A stretch of DNA of 64,000 nucleotides from Eledone cirrhosa (taxonomy: Eukaryota), in contig OZ024760.1 in the NCBI GenBank assembly GCA_964016885.1, forward strand, positions 930,001 through 994,000, given 5' to 3'. The notes beneath the pieces were generated by a model that worked only from the letters and a program-made list of their open reading frames with translations, was not told where the DNA came from and made no database searches. Numbering within the stretch: position 1 is the stretch's first letter; each line of letters begins with the position of its first letter. Shown here piece by piece: positions 1 to 13,427 of this stretch. A program made the position numbers and the translations under genes.

Positions 1-137
1 CATTCACATTACTCTATATTTATTGTATTTTCACAGTAAACACTTTATCTCACATAATATCGAATCTATGAGATTTTGGTATTACTTTTTTTGAGAAAAA
101 TACCTTAACTTAGATAAGAACAGCGGGTAACAGTAAC
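1..137. mobile_element. Partial, diverged copy of the TTAA/piggyBac-type MITE, cut by the window edge
   Basis: Colinear with the start of the complete copy at 3631-3839 (cattactctatattta...atctatgagatttt...gagaa.aatacctt). Confidence 0.75.
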
Positions 138-389
138 AAGAAGAATACACAATCTTGACAAGGAACAAGACACTCTGAAACAATTGTCGATTGTCAATTG
201 TCTCCTTTCAGCTACCACTGGAACAAAAGGATGATGTCGTCATCTACCACGTGGTGTTTCTGAAGCTGTTTACTTGTAAACAAACCGAAATCAACTTACT
301 TCAAAATAGGACTTGTCTAACCCATGCTAGCGTGGAAGATGGACGTTAAATGATGGTGATGATGATCTGTTTAAATATATATTTGTTAT

Positions 390-422
<33 letters not shown>

Positions 423-594
423 ACATTTATATATATATATGTATATATGTGTGTGTGTATATATGTATTATGTGCGCAAAAATGTTGCGTCAAAATACTT
501 CCCCGCCACTGCTCTGGTGACAATGCAATCTGAACATAGATTAAATTATTTGTTTGAGTGCATGTCTACTTGAAACTCTGAAGATAATCTTGGC

Positions 595-595
<1 letters not shown>

Positions 596-627
<32 letters not shown>

Positions 628-1180
628 GCTCTCTCTCTCTCTGTCTCTCTACCTCTCACTCTGTCTCTATCTCTACCTCTCTGTCTCTCTCTCTAATTTT
701 ACCTCTATCTCTATACCACTCTCTTTACCTCTCTCTTTCTCTCTCTCTCTACCTCTCTGTCTTTCTCTACTTCTCTCTCTCTGTACCTCTCTCTCTCTCT
801 TTACTTCTCTGTCTCTCTTTACTCCTCTCTCTCTACCTCTCTCTTTCTCTGTCTTTCTCTACTTCTGTCTCTCTCTACTCTTTCTCTCCATGCTCTCTTC
901 TTCTCTTCTTCGCCTTCTCTCTACCTCTCTTTCACCCTTTCTCTTTTTTCTCCTTCCTTCTCTCTATCCCTTATATCTCTCTCCTTGCCTTTCTCCCCTT
1001 CTCTTCTCTCTCTGCCCTTCTCTCTCTCTTCCCTCTCTCACTCTCTTCCTTTCCCTCTCTCTCTCTCTCTCCCCCGTTTTTCTCTTCCCCTTTCTCTCTC
1101 TCTCCCCTTCTCTCTCTTCCCATCTCTCTCTTCCCAGCTCTCTCCCCTACTCTCTCTCTCTCTCTCTCTCCGTCTCTATG
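596..1180. repeat. Degenerate (CT)n polypyrimidine tract
   Basis: Almost pure C/T with a ctct period; overlapping Leu/Ser ORFs are artefacts. Confidence 0.95.
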
Positions 1181-1563
1181 TCTCTTTGTTTCCAAGCCAC
1201 CCAATAAATAATAAGTAAAACAAATCACAGGAGGAATTATGTCAGTTACTATTAGATATGGTTGCAATGGCTGAAGAGGGTGGAGCTGAAATAAACCGGG
1301 AGAAGTAGAATACATTAGAAGCCCTGACTCGCCAATGTCTGTTGCTGTAGTGAGAGACAGATAGATGTGATGTAGTGGTGGGGTGTATATATGTGTGAAA
1401 CAAATGAACTATGATGAGGTGTGCTCAGCTATGCTGTGCTGGGAGGCCGGGGTGGGCAGTACTGTGCAGTGAGGGTTGGGCTGAATTTAAAGAAAGAAAC
1501 TAAAACTAAATCTGGTTGTATGTTTGCTGGTAGTTTAAATCTTTTTTTATTAAAAAACAATTT

Positions 1564-1895
1564 TCTTATACAGCAGTGTGTCTTATACAGCAGTGTGTCT
1601 TATACACCAGTGTCTTATACACCAGTGTGTCTTATACACCAGTGTGTCTTATACACCAGTGTGTCTTATACACCAGTGTGTCCTATACACTGCTATGTTC
1701 TTATACATCGGTGTGTCTTATACACCAGCATATCGTATATACCAGTGTGTCATATACCTCTGGCTTATAAACAAGGAGTGTTCTTATACACCAGCATGTC
1801 TTATACACTAGTGTGTTTAATACATCAACATGTGTTGTATGCACCTTAATATATCAACATGTATGTCTTATGCACCTTTGTGTCTTATATACACA
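1564..1895. repeat. 17-bp minisatellite (gtgtgtcttatacacca), decaying towards the right
   Basis: Near-perfect units at 1575-1690, increasingly diverged units after. Confidence 0.9.
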
Positions 1896-2564
1896 CTTCC
1901 TTTTACAACAGTGCATTTTATATTGCCACCAAAACAATGTCTGTAAATTTTAACTTGAGATAAGCTGGCAAGGTATCCACTAAGAGAGATTTATGTGTCC
2001 CCTGTGTACTCAATACTAAATAAGCAGAGCTAAACATTGCCCTTTAAAAGACCCTTGGGACCTTTTCTACAATTCTTGTGATGCTAAGCCATTTTCTAGG
2101 CATTTTATACTTCAGTTGTTTTTCTGTGACTTTCACAACTTTCTACAATTCCTCTGATATTTAACCATACTCTTGGCACTTCAGTCTTTCTCTGAGACAT
2201 TTAGAAACTTGTATAATTCCTTTCATTCTGAACCATTTTCTTGACACTGCTGTTTTTTTTCTATTTTTCTTTTTTTTTTCTTCTTCTCTTTCTCTCTAAA
2301 ATCTTGCTTGCCAGAATTGTTTATAACATTGAACCAAATGCTTTGTAGTGTTTAGTTATGGCTCTTTATGTTTGGGGTTCAAATCCTGTCACAGTCAGTG
2401 AAATAAAATAGCAGTTACATACTGTGGTCAATATAATCAACTTTCTCTTTTCCATCTCCCTAAAATTGCTCTCCTTGTATTTGACTGGTACTTTATTTTT
2501 TGGGCTCCCATGAAGAACGAAAGACAAAAATGACCTCCAGGTCAGTAAAATAAGATATATGTTA

Positions 2565-2743
2565 GGTGTCCCGTAACTCCTGATAGTTGTAGGGGTGCCA
2601 TATTAACATACGGCGTTCCTTGGGGATTTTAAGCCTGGTGGAGTCCATCCCTCTCCAGGCCACAAACATATATATATATATGTATATATATATATATGTA
2701 TATATATATATGTATATATATATATATGTATATATATATATTA

Positions 2744-2785
<42 letters not shown>

Positions 2786-3135
2786 GTACTGAAACTTCTG
2801 ATAAAGTTGTAGGGGCAATGTATTGACATACGGCATTTCTCCAGGCCTGAGTACAGCAGATTTCTTCCAGAGAACGATAGAAAGAGAGAGGAAATGAGAC
2901 AGAGATATAGAGGAATAATTAACCCCAGTACTAGACTGGTATTATATTTGTATATATGTAGTCCCGTAACTCCTAACACAGTCGTAGTGGTGCCATATTG
3001 ACATACAGCGGAGCTCATCCCTCTCCAGGTCTGAGTACAGCAGATTTCTTCGAGAGAAAGATAGAAAGTGAGAGAGAGGAGATGAGAAAGAGATATAGAG
3101 GAAGAATCGACCCCAGTACCTGACTGGTACTGGTA
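2565..3135. repeat. Three local diverged direct copies of a unit up to ~170 bp; two end in a reversed SINE fragment
   Basis: cccgtaactcctga..gttgtaggggtgccatatt.acatacggcg recurs at ~2567, ~2787 and ~2960; the last two end with ccccagtac..gactggta. Confidence 0.7.
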
Positions 3136-3630
3136 CTCTAGCATCACTCCTTCATAGTCAGCCTTATGAACTTTTCAGCCTACCCATTTACTGTACATTA
3201 CATGTACTTTTTAATTGACTTTGATAGGATGAAAGGCAAAGTTGACCTCAGCGGGATTTGAACTCAGAGAAGAGAGTACTGAAACAAATACCATAAAGTA
3301 TTCTATCAGACATTCTAACGACTCTGCCAATTGACTGCCTATATGTTAGGTACTGGTGTCAATATAATAAAATTTCACCTTTTCACCCTCTTAAAACTGC
3401 TCTCCTTGTGCATAAATTGATTTCTAATTTAGGCACAAGGCCAGCAATTGTTTTTTCGGGGTGAGGGGGTGTGGGTGGATGGCAAAGTTGATTTAAAACA
3501 ACCCCAGTACTTGACTGGTACTTTACTTTATCAACTTTATTTTATCAACAAGCACGAAAGGCAAAGATGACTGAAGGTCAGTTACATACTGGGGTTGATA
3601 TGATCAGCTTTCCTCTTTCCATCCCTTTAA

Positions 3631-3839
3631 CCCTTTAGCATTTACATTACTCTATATTTACTATTATATTTTCATGGTAAAGTCTTTCCATTACATAATT
3701 ATCTCATAATATCAAATCTATGAGATTTTGTTATTATTTATTTTGAGAACAATACCTTTACATCAGTATGAGTAGCCGGTTTGAAAAGAAAGAGGTGAGA
3801 GAATTCTGGCCGGATATGGCCAGTTTAAATGCTAAAGGG
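3631..3839. mobile_element. Complete piggyBac-type MITE
   Basis: 14-bp TIRs CCCTTTAGCATTTA/TAAATGCTAAAGGG, TTAA on both sides (3627-3630, 3840-3843), no ORF. Confidence 0.9.
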
Positions 3840-5598
3840 TTAAAATTGCTCTCCTAGTATTGACTAGTATTGACTAGTACTTTATCTTATCAACTCCCAG
3901 GAAGGACGAAAAGCAAAGATATCCTACCTCAGCACGATTTGAACAAAGAATGTAAAGAGTCAGAGTTCAAATCCCGCCGAGGTTAACTTTACCTTTCATC
4001 CTTACGGGGTCCATAAAATAAAGTACCAGTAATGTACTAGAGTTTAATTGACTTTCCTCTTCCCCCAAAATCAAAAACCATTATTGTTGTTATGTCGACA
4101 TCTGGTTTAAAGGAGGTTTGAAACCTCGGTTGAATATTTTCACTAATGATTCTTCTTGCCTTCTTCTTTTCTTCTTCTTCTTTTTTGCCTTCTTCTTTTC
4201 TTCTTCTTCTTTTTTGCCTTCTTATTCTTTGCCTTCTTCTTTGACTTCTTTTTTTCTTTGCCTTCTTCTTCTTCTTTTTCTTCTTTGCCTTCTTCTTCTT
4301 CTTTTTCTTCTTTGCCTTCTTTTTCTTCTTCGCTTTCTTCTTCTTATTATTACTATTAATTCTTGAGGATGGTAACCTTTTCGTGAAGAATACCTCATTC
4401 TCTTCACAGACACTGAGATATTTTCGTAGCATTTACAAAAAAAAAAAAAAAGTCTTGCCATCGTCCCTACCCCCCTCCCTGCAGTCCTCCACAACATCTC
4501 CATTCCTCAGATGGTGACATGCTGAAGAATTAGCTGCAGATTCTACCAAAGGACCGTTTGCTAACTTCTCCTTTTTGGCACAGAATTCTATTATTTGTAT
4601 TGTTGTTGTTGTTCTTTTTTGAATATTTTTTTTTTATCATGCCTCTGTATATATATGTATGTATGTATATGTATTAATATATATGTGTGTATATGTATTA
4701 ATATATATGTGTGTATATGTATTAATATATATGTGTGTGTGTGTATATGTATGTATATATATATTTTTATATGTATGTATGTATATATGTATATGTATGT
4801 ATGTATATGTATGTATATATATATATTTATATGTATGTGTATATGTATGTATGTGTATATGTATGTATATATATTTATGTATATATATATATATATATAA
4901 TGTGTGTGTGTATTTGCATATGTACACGTGTGTATGTATGTATGTGTATATGTGTGTGTGTATTTGCATATGTACATGTGTGTATGTATGTATGTGTATA
5001 TGTGTGTGTATTTGCATATGTACACGTGTGTATGTATGTATGTATGTATATATATATATGTATGTATATATATATGTATGTATATACACACACATATATA
5101 CATGCATGCGTATGTGTGTGCATGTGTGTATATATATATATATATATATATGTATGCATATGTATATGTGAGTGGGTGGGTGTTTAGATTGTAAAATGTA
5201 CCCAGATTCTCCTGAAATGTTTTCATCTCCTTTAGTAGGTTAGGGGCTGACACTCCCTCTCACCTTTCTAATTCTAGATTCTTCTATCACAACAAACAGG
5301 GGAGGGGGTCCTTTGAATATATTTATTTGTAAATTTTGGGGTTGTAGGGAATGAGGGTGTAGGTGCAGGGGTGTTGGGGTGTCTTCTTAGCTAAAGGTTT
5401 TAATTAAAATCTTTTATGTAGTTGTTTTCTTTAAGACCCCCCCCCCCATAACACCACCCATGTTCGCCACCACCACCACCACCACCACCTCCATTGCTGC
5501 TTCCACCACCATCACCATTGCTATTTCTACTGCCGCTACCTCTATCTCCAGTGCTGCTTGCACCTCTACCATCACCACCACTAGCATACATACATACA

Positions 5599-5646
<48 letters not shown>

Positions 5647-6342
5647 TATATACAAGCATCTATACATATATCATCATCATCATCATCATTTAACGTCCAT
5701 CTTCAATGCTTATATATATATATATGCATATGTGTATATATATATATACCCACACACACACACACACATGTCTATATATATGTGCATATATGTATATATA
5801 TCTGTACATATGCAGGTGTATATATATATATATATATGTGCGTATATGTATATGTGTGTATACCCATATGCATATATATACATATATATTTATATATATA
5901 TATATATACATATACATATGCAGGTGTATATATATATATATATGTATATATATATGCATATGGGTATACACACATATACATATACGCACACACATATATA
6001 TATATATATGCATATGTGAGTGTGCATATATATATACACATACATATATACACACACACACATACATACAAATATATATATATATATATATGATTTTTTT
6101 ATAGTATAGTAATACCTGGTAGTGGTGGGGGCTGATTACATGGCAAATAATTTTCTCCCTTTTTTTATTGCAAGGGTTTTCTTTTTATCTACCCCTTCTC
6201 ACTCACCCCCACCCTTCTATCAACCCCCTCTCCCTCTCATATTTTTTTTGTATTGTTTCTATTTACTCTGACATCAAGCCCCTACCGCAACATGGTTGTA
6301 TTGAAAATAGAAATATTTCATGTAATTCCTTCGATGTAAAGG

Positions 6343-6382
<40 letters not shown>

Positions 6383-6539
6383 CATGTATATGTATATATT
6401 TGTGTATATATATATATATACACAAGTCTATGTATATATATATATTTAAGGGGACCAAAATCTGCCATCAAGTTGTTGTTATTTCATGTGGCAACAATGG
6501 TATTGCACCAATATATATATTTTCTGTTTTTGAGATTCC

Positions 6540-7110
6540 ACCATCACCGCCATCACCCCACCACCAACACCATCACTATCATCACCACTGCCATCACCAC
6601 CATCACTATCACCATCGCTATCACCACCAACACCACCGCCATCACCACCACCACCAACACCATCACTATCACCACCGCACCGCCATCACCATCACCACCA
6701 ACACCATCACTATCACCACCGCCATCACCACCACCACCAACACCATCACTATCATCACCGCCATCACCACCACCAACGCCATCACTATCACCACCGCCAT
6801 CACCACCACCACCAACACCATCACTATCATCACCACCGCCATCACCACCACCACCAACACCATCACTATCACCACCGCCATCACCATCACCACCATCACT
6901 ATCACCGCCACCACTACCACCACCACCACCACCACCATCACCACCAACACCATCACTATCACCACCACCATCACCACCAACACCATCACTATCACCACCA
7001 CCATCACCACCAACACCATCACTATCACCACTGCCATCACCATCATCACCAACACCATCACTATCACCACCGCCATCATCACCACCACCACCATCACCAC
7101 CACCACCACC
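6540..7110. repeat. Compound CAC/CAT trinucleotide-derived minisatellite
   Basis: Recurrent caccaacaccatcactatcaccaccgccatcac units. Confidence 0.9.
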
Positions 7111-7786
7111 CTCTCTTAGTCTCACATCAAGGTATATATTAGTGTGTCTGGTAGCACTTATTTTTTCTGTGTTTTGTAGACAATGCTTTCTCTATTGTAC
7201 AGAACCCTTGCACAGGATTTTGTACATTGTTGTTGTAGTAGCAGACAGGGCTGCATGGTTAAGGGGGTTTGTTTCACAACCGTGTGGTTTCAGTGGCTTC
7301 AGGTTCAATCCCATGGTGTGGAACATTGGGCAAGTGTCTCCTTTCTATTGCTACATGATTGTTAGACGGAAACTGCCCAGTGTATCATCATCATCATCAC
7401 CACCATCATCATCATCATCACGATCATCACCATCACCATCATCATCACCACCATCATCATCATCATCACGATCATCACCATCATCTTCTTTTTATTCCTT
7501 TTCATTTTCTTCTTTTTCTTCTTCTTTTCTTCTTTTTTTTCTTCTTCGTCTTCTTCGTCTTCGCCTTCTTCTTTGCCTTCTTTTTCTTCTTCTTCGTCTT
7601 CGCCTTCTTTTTCTTCTTCTTCGTCTTCGCTTCTTCTTTGCCTTTTTCTTCTTCTTCGTCTTCGCCTTCTTCTTTGCCTTCTTTTTCTTCTTCGTCTTCT
7701 TTTTCTTCTTCTTTGCCTTTTTCTTCTCTATTATGAACACCCTATGATTGATGGAAACTGCAGAAGTCCAGTGCGTATGTATATAG

Positions 7787-7821
<35 letters not shown>

Positions 7822-8351
7822 TTGTGTGTGCATTTGCATGTATGTATACGTGTGTATCTGCAACTTATCAGTTTGACAAACAAGACAAGGGATCGATAAA
7901 ATTACAGAGTGCACTGGGTGTATTTTATTGTGAACTTATAAATACTCACATCTTCCCAGCCTCCCTCCCAGTAACTAATTAGCACCTTCCACTACCCTAC
8001 CCTACTCCACACCACCTTTATCTCTACCACAATTCCATCTTATCTTTGGAACTACATTTTCTGCCAATGTTCCTCTCACTGTCACTGGCAATAATTCAAC
8101 TATTTATAATATACATATACACATTTGTGTATGTCAGTATTAGTGGTGTAATTGTTAGCACAATGATATATATATGTATATATATATATATATATCATCC
8201 ACTTTTCTAAAAAAATAAATCATACACAAAACGCTGCACCAACAATTTTCCAAGAGATGTCAACATGAATGGACCTGTTATTTTTATCTAAAGACATTTT
8301 TTTCCTATTCCAACCTGCCTGTCCTTTCAATCTATCTTATTTCTCATTCTT

Positions 8352-8387
8352 TCTTCTGATGAAGGATTAGCGTCTGAAACGTTAAGA
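8352..8387 (+). ncRNA. Minimal type I hammerhead ribozyme motif (decayed) in a TA-flanked cassette (~8197-8480)
   Basis: tctt-CTGATGA-a-ggat tagc gtct-GAAAC GTT-aaga; stem I tctt/aaga, palindromic AACGTT; second copy at 36091-36126. Confidence 0.7.
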
Positions 8388-8497
8388 CCCTCTTCCTGCT
8401 ATATCAAGCGTTAACCTAATATATATTCCTTCCATATACTGTACCGATTGTGTTGTTATTTCTGTTTACCTTTTACATACATACATATATATAACAC

Positions 8498-8706
8498 ATC
8501 ATCATCATCATCATTTAACGTCCGTGTTCCACGCTTGCATGGGTTTGGACGGGGGTTTTCCCACTTGAGGCAAGAGTGATTGTCTTGCTCGCATAGGACT
8601 GTCTGGTGGGTTTTCTACAGATGGATGCCCTTCCTAACACCAACCACATTTACAGTTTGGGGCTGGGAGGTTTTTACCATGTTGCCTACACGGCCACATT
8701 ACAGCG
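8498..8706 (-). mobile_element. 3' end of RTE family A (long 3' UTR) with (GAT)n tail
   Basis: Nearly identical to 17098-17310. Confidence 0.85.
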
Positions 8707-8711
8707 TATAT

Positions 8712-8912
8712 ATAGGAAAAGAGTCAGGACCCCGATGGCTGAGCTCCGCCAGTTTCAACAGTTCGATCCAAATAGTTTGGATCGAGCTGTTGAAATGGCC
8801 AGAGTTCAGCCGTTGGGGTCCTGACTCTTTTCCTATCATGCACTCTACTACTCTAAGTTTTGAGTACTCTGGTAAGTTATGGTCCACCTGGTATCCTACT
8901 TCATCCTCCTTG

Positions 8913-8914
<2 letters not shown>
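8712..8914 (+). mobile_element. TA-flanked retroposon tail (family C) whose 5' part is a ~125-bp fold-back palindrome
   Basis: Arms ataggaaaagagtcaggacccc...gatccaaa / tttggatc...ggggtcctgactcttttcctat (8712-8836); related copies at 16385-16508, 18349-18508, 27818-27905 and 9373-9419. Confidence 0.7.
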
Positions 8915-8945
<31 letters not shown>

Positions 8946-9622
8946 GGTCTAGAGGTGCAAGCTAATTGCACTAATAGATCGTTCCTCGAGCTGATCGACA
9001 GTGAAACATATGTAATATGTTATTAAATATGTTATGATGCAACACTGATTCTTTGTTCCTTTATTCTTATACTACATATATATATGTATCATCATACGTG
9101 GTTGGTGTTAGGAAGGGCATCCAGCCGTAGAAAACCCGCCAGACAGTCCTATACGAGCAAGACAACCAATCTTGCCTCAAGTGGGAAAATTCCCGTCCAA
9201 ACCCATGCTAGCGTGGAAGATGGACATTAAACGATAACGATATATATATATATATATATAATTATCATATATGTGTGGATTTTAGTCATCGCATTTATTA
9301 TTATTACTATATATATATACCCACCCTTGCAAGCAGGGAAGAGCGGACGTAAAATGATGATGATGATATATATGAAAAGGTTCAGGACCCTGACAGCTGA
9401 GCTCCGGCCATTTCAACTATATCACCATCATCGTTTAACATCCATCTTCCATGCTAGCATGGGTTAGATGGTTTTGTTCCATTTGACGTGAGATTGGTCG
9501 GGAGACCGTGTCTCACACGTACATAACTGTTTCTGGCAGGTTTTCTATGGCTGGATGGCCTTCATAACACCAACCACATTTACAGTGTGGACCTGGGTGA
9601 CCCCTTAAGAGGAAGGTTTGGT

Positions 9623-10130
9623 CAGTTGGCTGTGCCATACTGTGCTCATAGCAGAATCACATTTTGGGAGCTGGGTGGTCTCATTATCTGGAGGGTATGG
9701 CTAGTTGGCTGTGCCATTTCTTTGCTCATAGCAGAATCACATTTTGGGAGCTGGGTAGTCCCATTATCTGGAAGGTATGGCCAGTTGGCTGTGCCATTTC
9801 TTTGCTCATAGCAGAATCACATTTTGGGAGCTGGGTAGTCCCATTATCTGAAGGGTATGGCTAGTTGGCTGTGCCATTTCTTTGCTCATAGCAGAATCAT
9901 ATTTTGGGAGCTGGGTGGTCCCATTATCTGGAGGGTATGGCTAGTTGGCTGTGCCATTTCTTTGCTCATAGCAGAATCACATTTTGGGAGCTAGGTGGTT
10001 CCATTATCTGGAAGGTATGGCCAGTTGGCTGTGCCATTTCTTTGCTCATAGCAGAATCATATTTTTGAAGCTGGGTGGTCCTATTATGTGGAATGTCTAG
10101 CCAGTTGACCACACTGCACCTTGCTCATAG
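9623..10130. repeat. 80-bp minisatellite, about 6 copies
   Basis: c.agttg at 9701, 9781, 9861, 9941, 10021 and 10101 (exact 80-bp period). Confidence 0.95.
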
Positions 10131-10220
10131 CGAGACTGTTTTGGCTGGGTTTTTACAGTTACTGTATGCCCTTCCTAACACCATATATATAATATCACTG
10201 TGTGTATAGGCATTCTGTAT

Positions 10221-10406
10221 TCTCATAGATTCAATATTATGTGAGGTAAAGTCTTTACGATGAAAATACAATAGTATATATGGAGTAATGTAAATGTTAA
10301 AGGGTTAAAGACATAACAACCTCATAGATTCGATATTATGTGAGATAAAGCTTTTACCATGAAAATACAATAGTAAATATAGAGTAATGTAAATGATAAA
10401 GTGTTA
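10221..10406. mobile_element. Two tandem terminal fragments of the piggyBac-type MITE
   Basis: ctcatagattc.atattatgtgag...gagtaatgtaaatg.taaag.gtta occurs twice. Confidence 0.75.
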
Positions 10407-10778
10407 TGTTCCAAATACCAGCATAACAATTAGACAGTTATACTTTGAGATACTTGAATATTAAAAAAATTATTTGAATATCATGGACTGTGACTTTCAT
10501 TAGAAATATAGTTTATATTCATGTAAAAATCTTCCACCATAATTTGTTTATATAAGAACCTTTAAGTTATGTTCCACACACTAATAATGTCTGTCTCTCT
10601 TTGTTTCTCAGCCTGACTCTGTCATTCTATCAGTCTTTCACCCTCCATTTTTCTCCCTTTGTCTCACTGTCTTTCAGTCTCTCTCTCTCTCTCCTTTCCT
10701 TTACTCTCCATTCATCCTGTCCCAGATCTACACACCACAAACACTAACACCATCATTACCACCACCATCATCACCATC

Positions 10779-10812
<34 letters not shown>

Positions 10813-11174
10813 TCACCACCAACACCATCACCACCAACAACAACATTACCATCACCACCACCGTCACCACTACCACCAACTACTGCAACATTAACAAGAC
10901 CATCATCACCTACAGCAACACTCCCACCACTCCCACCACCAACTGTGCCATTAGTATCACCTCACAGTTACCATTAATTGGTCTGTTGAGGTCTCCATAT
11001 TCCTCAGACTTTACACCTCAAAGACATATTTCCTGAAGCAGTCATTAGTGAATGATTCCACAGCTCTCAAGTCCTCACCTCTCTCTCTCTCTCCTCTCTC
11101 TCTCTCCTTCTCTCTCTCCATCCCTTTCTTTCTCCCTCTCTATTTGTTCTTCCTTGCTGTCTTTCTTTCTTCTC

Positions 11175-11208
<34 letters not shown>

Positions 11209-11393
11209 TTTTTTCCTCACTCAAGAGTCAGTAAAGCTTCTCTATCTCTCTGTCCATTTTCTTTCTCTCTTTCTCTATTTTCTCTCTCTCTCTCTCTCTG
11301 TTTCCCTGTTTTCTCTCTCTATCTCTCCATCTTCTTTCTCTCTTTATCTGTTCTCTCTCTCTCTTTCTCTCCATCTTCTTTCTCTCTTTATCT

Positions 11394-11470
<77 letters not shown>

Positions 11471-11684
11471 ACTCAAGAGGCAGGAAAGCCACTTTCTCCA
11501 CCCCCAACCCAACCAACAAAACACGCCTAATAACCTTACCTACTACAGCAATAATCATCATCACCATCACCATCATCATCATAAACATCATCATTATTAT
11601 TATTGTCACCATTGTCATCATCATCACCATCATTATCATTGTTATTATGTGGTGAATAAAGAAACCATTATTATTATTATTATT

Positions 11685-12078
11685 TGAATTGACCCAGTGC
11701 ATTACTGGTACTTATTTTATCAACCCTGTAAAGATGAAGAACAAAGCTAACCTTGGAGAGATTTGAACTCAGAATGTAAAGAGCCGTAACTCTATGCTGC
11801 AAAGCATGGTGTTTTACCGACTCTCTACCGATTCTGCCAATCCAAATAATAATTGTTTCTACTATTGGCACAAGGCCAGCAATTATCCCAGTGTATTACT
11901 GGTACTTTATTTTATCGAGCCCCGTAACGATGAAAGGCAAAGTTAATCTCGGTCTGAGTTCAAATCCCACCGAGGTTAACTTTGCCTTTCATCCTTACAG
12001 GGTAGATAAAATAAAGTACCAGTAATACACTGGGATAATTGCTGGCCTTGTGCTAAAAGTAGAAACAATTATTATTAT
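11685..12078. mobile_element. Cluster of tRNA-derived SINE family M: two minus copies and one plus copy forming an inverted pair
   Basis: B-box gagttcaaatcc, central gaggttaactttgcctttcatccttac.ggg..gataaaataaagtaccagt, (ATT)n tail. Confidence 0.85.
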
Positions 12079-12330
12079 TTTCGTTATTAGGTATTGTTTT
12101 TGTTGTAATTTTCATAATTATTTTTAGTAGTATCAATATTAGTACTATTATTGGTATTATTGCTGGTGGTGGTGGTGGTGGTGGTGGTGGTAGTGGTGGT
12201 GTTATTGCTGTTGTTGTTGGTGGTGGTGTTACTGTTGTTGTTGTTGTTGTTAGCTAACTGACTTGAGTGTTTTTCTAGTCTGTCCAGTTCTGCTCTATTT
12301 ACGATTGTTTAAGAAGAATTGGTGGAATGA

Positions 12331-13085
12331 TACACACACACACACACACACCCACAACCACACAACCACACACATACATAGATACACATACATATATACA
12401 CACACAACCACACACACATACACAACCACACACATACACACGTACATATATATACACATGCACCACACACACACACACAACCACACACATACACACATAC
12501 ATATATATATACACACACACACAACCACAACCACACACACTCACAACCACACATACACACACAACCACACACATACATATACACCCACACCCACAATCAC
12601 ACACATACATACACACACCCACACAACCACACACACACACACATACATGCACATACATATATACACACACAACCACACACACATACACAACCACACATAC
12701 ACATGTACATATATATACACACAACCACACACACAACCACACACACATACACAACCACACACACACATACATATATATACACACACACACAACCACAACC
12801 ACACACACACACTCACAACCACACATACACACACACACAACCACACACATACATATACACCCACCCACAACCACACACATACACAACCACACACACACAC
12901 ATACATATATACGTGTGTGTGTGTGTCTGTCTGTCTCTTTGTATGTGTTGCTGAATGTGTAGATATGTGTGTGTTTTGTGTGTGCTTATGTGTGTGCTTG
13001 TGTGTGTGTGTGTGGTTTATCTGTGGTTGTGTGTGTGCATGTGTGTGTGGTTTATCTGGTTATGTGTATGTTGTGTGTATATGTG
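12331..13085. repeat. Degenerate (CA)n / cacaaccaca tract followed by a (GT)n-rich tract
   Basis: Direct inspection; His/Thr ORFs are artefacts. Confidence 0.9.
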
Positions 13086-13427
13086 ATGATTTCCCATTTT
13101 GTGAATGATGTATTAGAAATATGGTAATCCTTCCATCATAATCTTATGTAGCAACCTTTAAGTTATGTTCCAAAATACCAGGTTAATAATGAGAAAGTTT
13201 ATATTAGTAAATAAATCCCCTCAATTTCTTCATCATGTACAAAAAATCATTTCCTGAGAAATTTGGTAAGAAAAGGGATAACTCCACTTCCATGCCCCCC
13301 CCCCCCCCTCCATGTGTCTACACAGGTCTGTTAGAATTAAGAGGTGATATATAACACAGTAACAGTGTTGTGGATGTGTATATATATAAATATATGCAGA
13401 ATATCCAGTCTACACTAAAGTGGTTGT

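Noticed and set aside
4360-4590. Possible host exons in unique islands (also 16630-16680, 21690-21960 and 34980-35240)
   Set aside because: No recognisable protein motif or consistent splice-site pair; they cannot be supported without RNA-seq or homology
6400-7747. Extensin-, mucin- or His-rich ORFs (also 20795-21735 and 24647-25716)
   Set aside because: Trinucleotide-derived repeats open in several frames on both strands, with no splice or domain support
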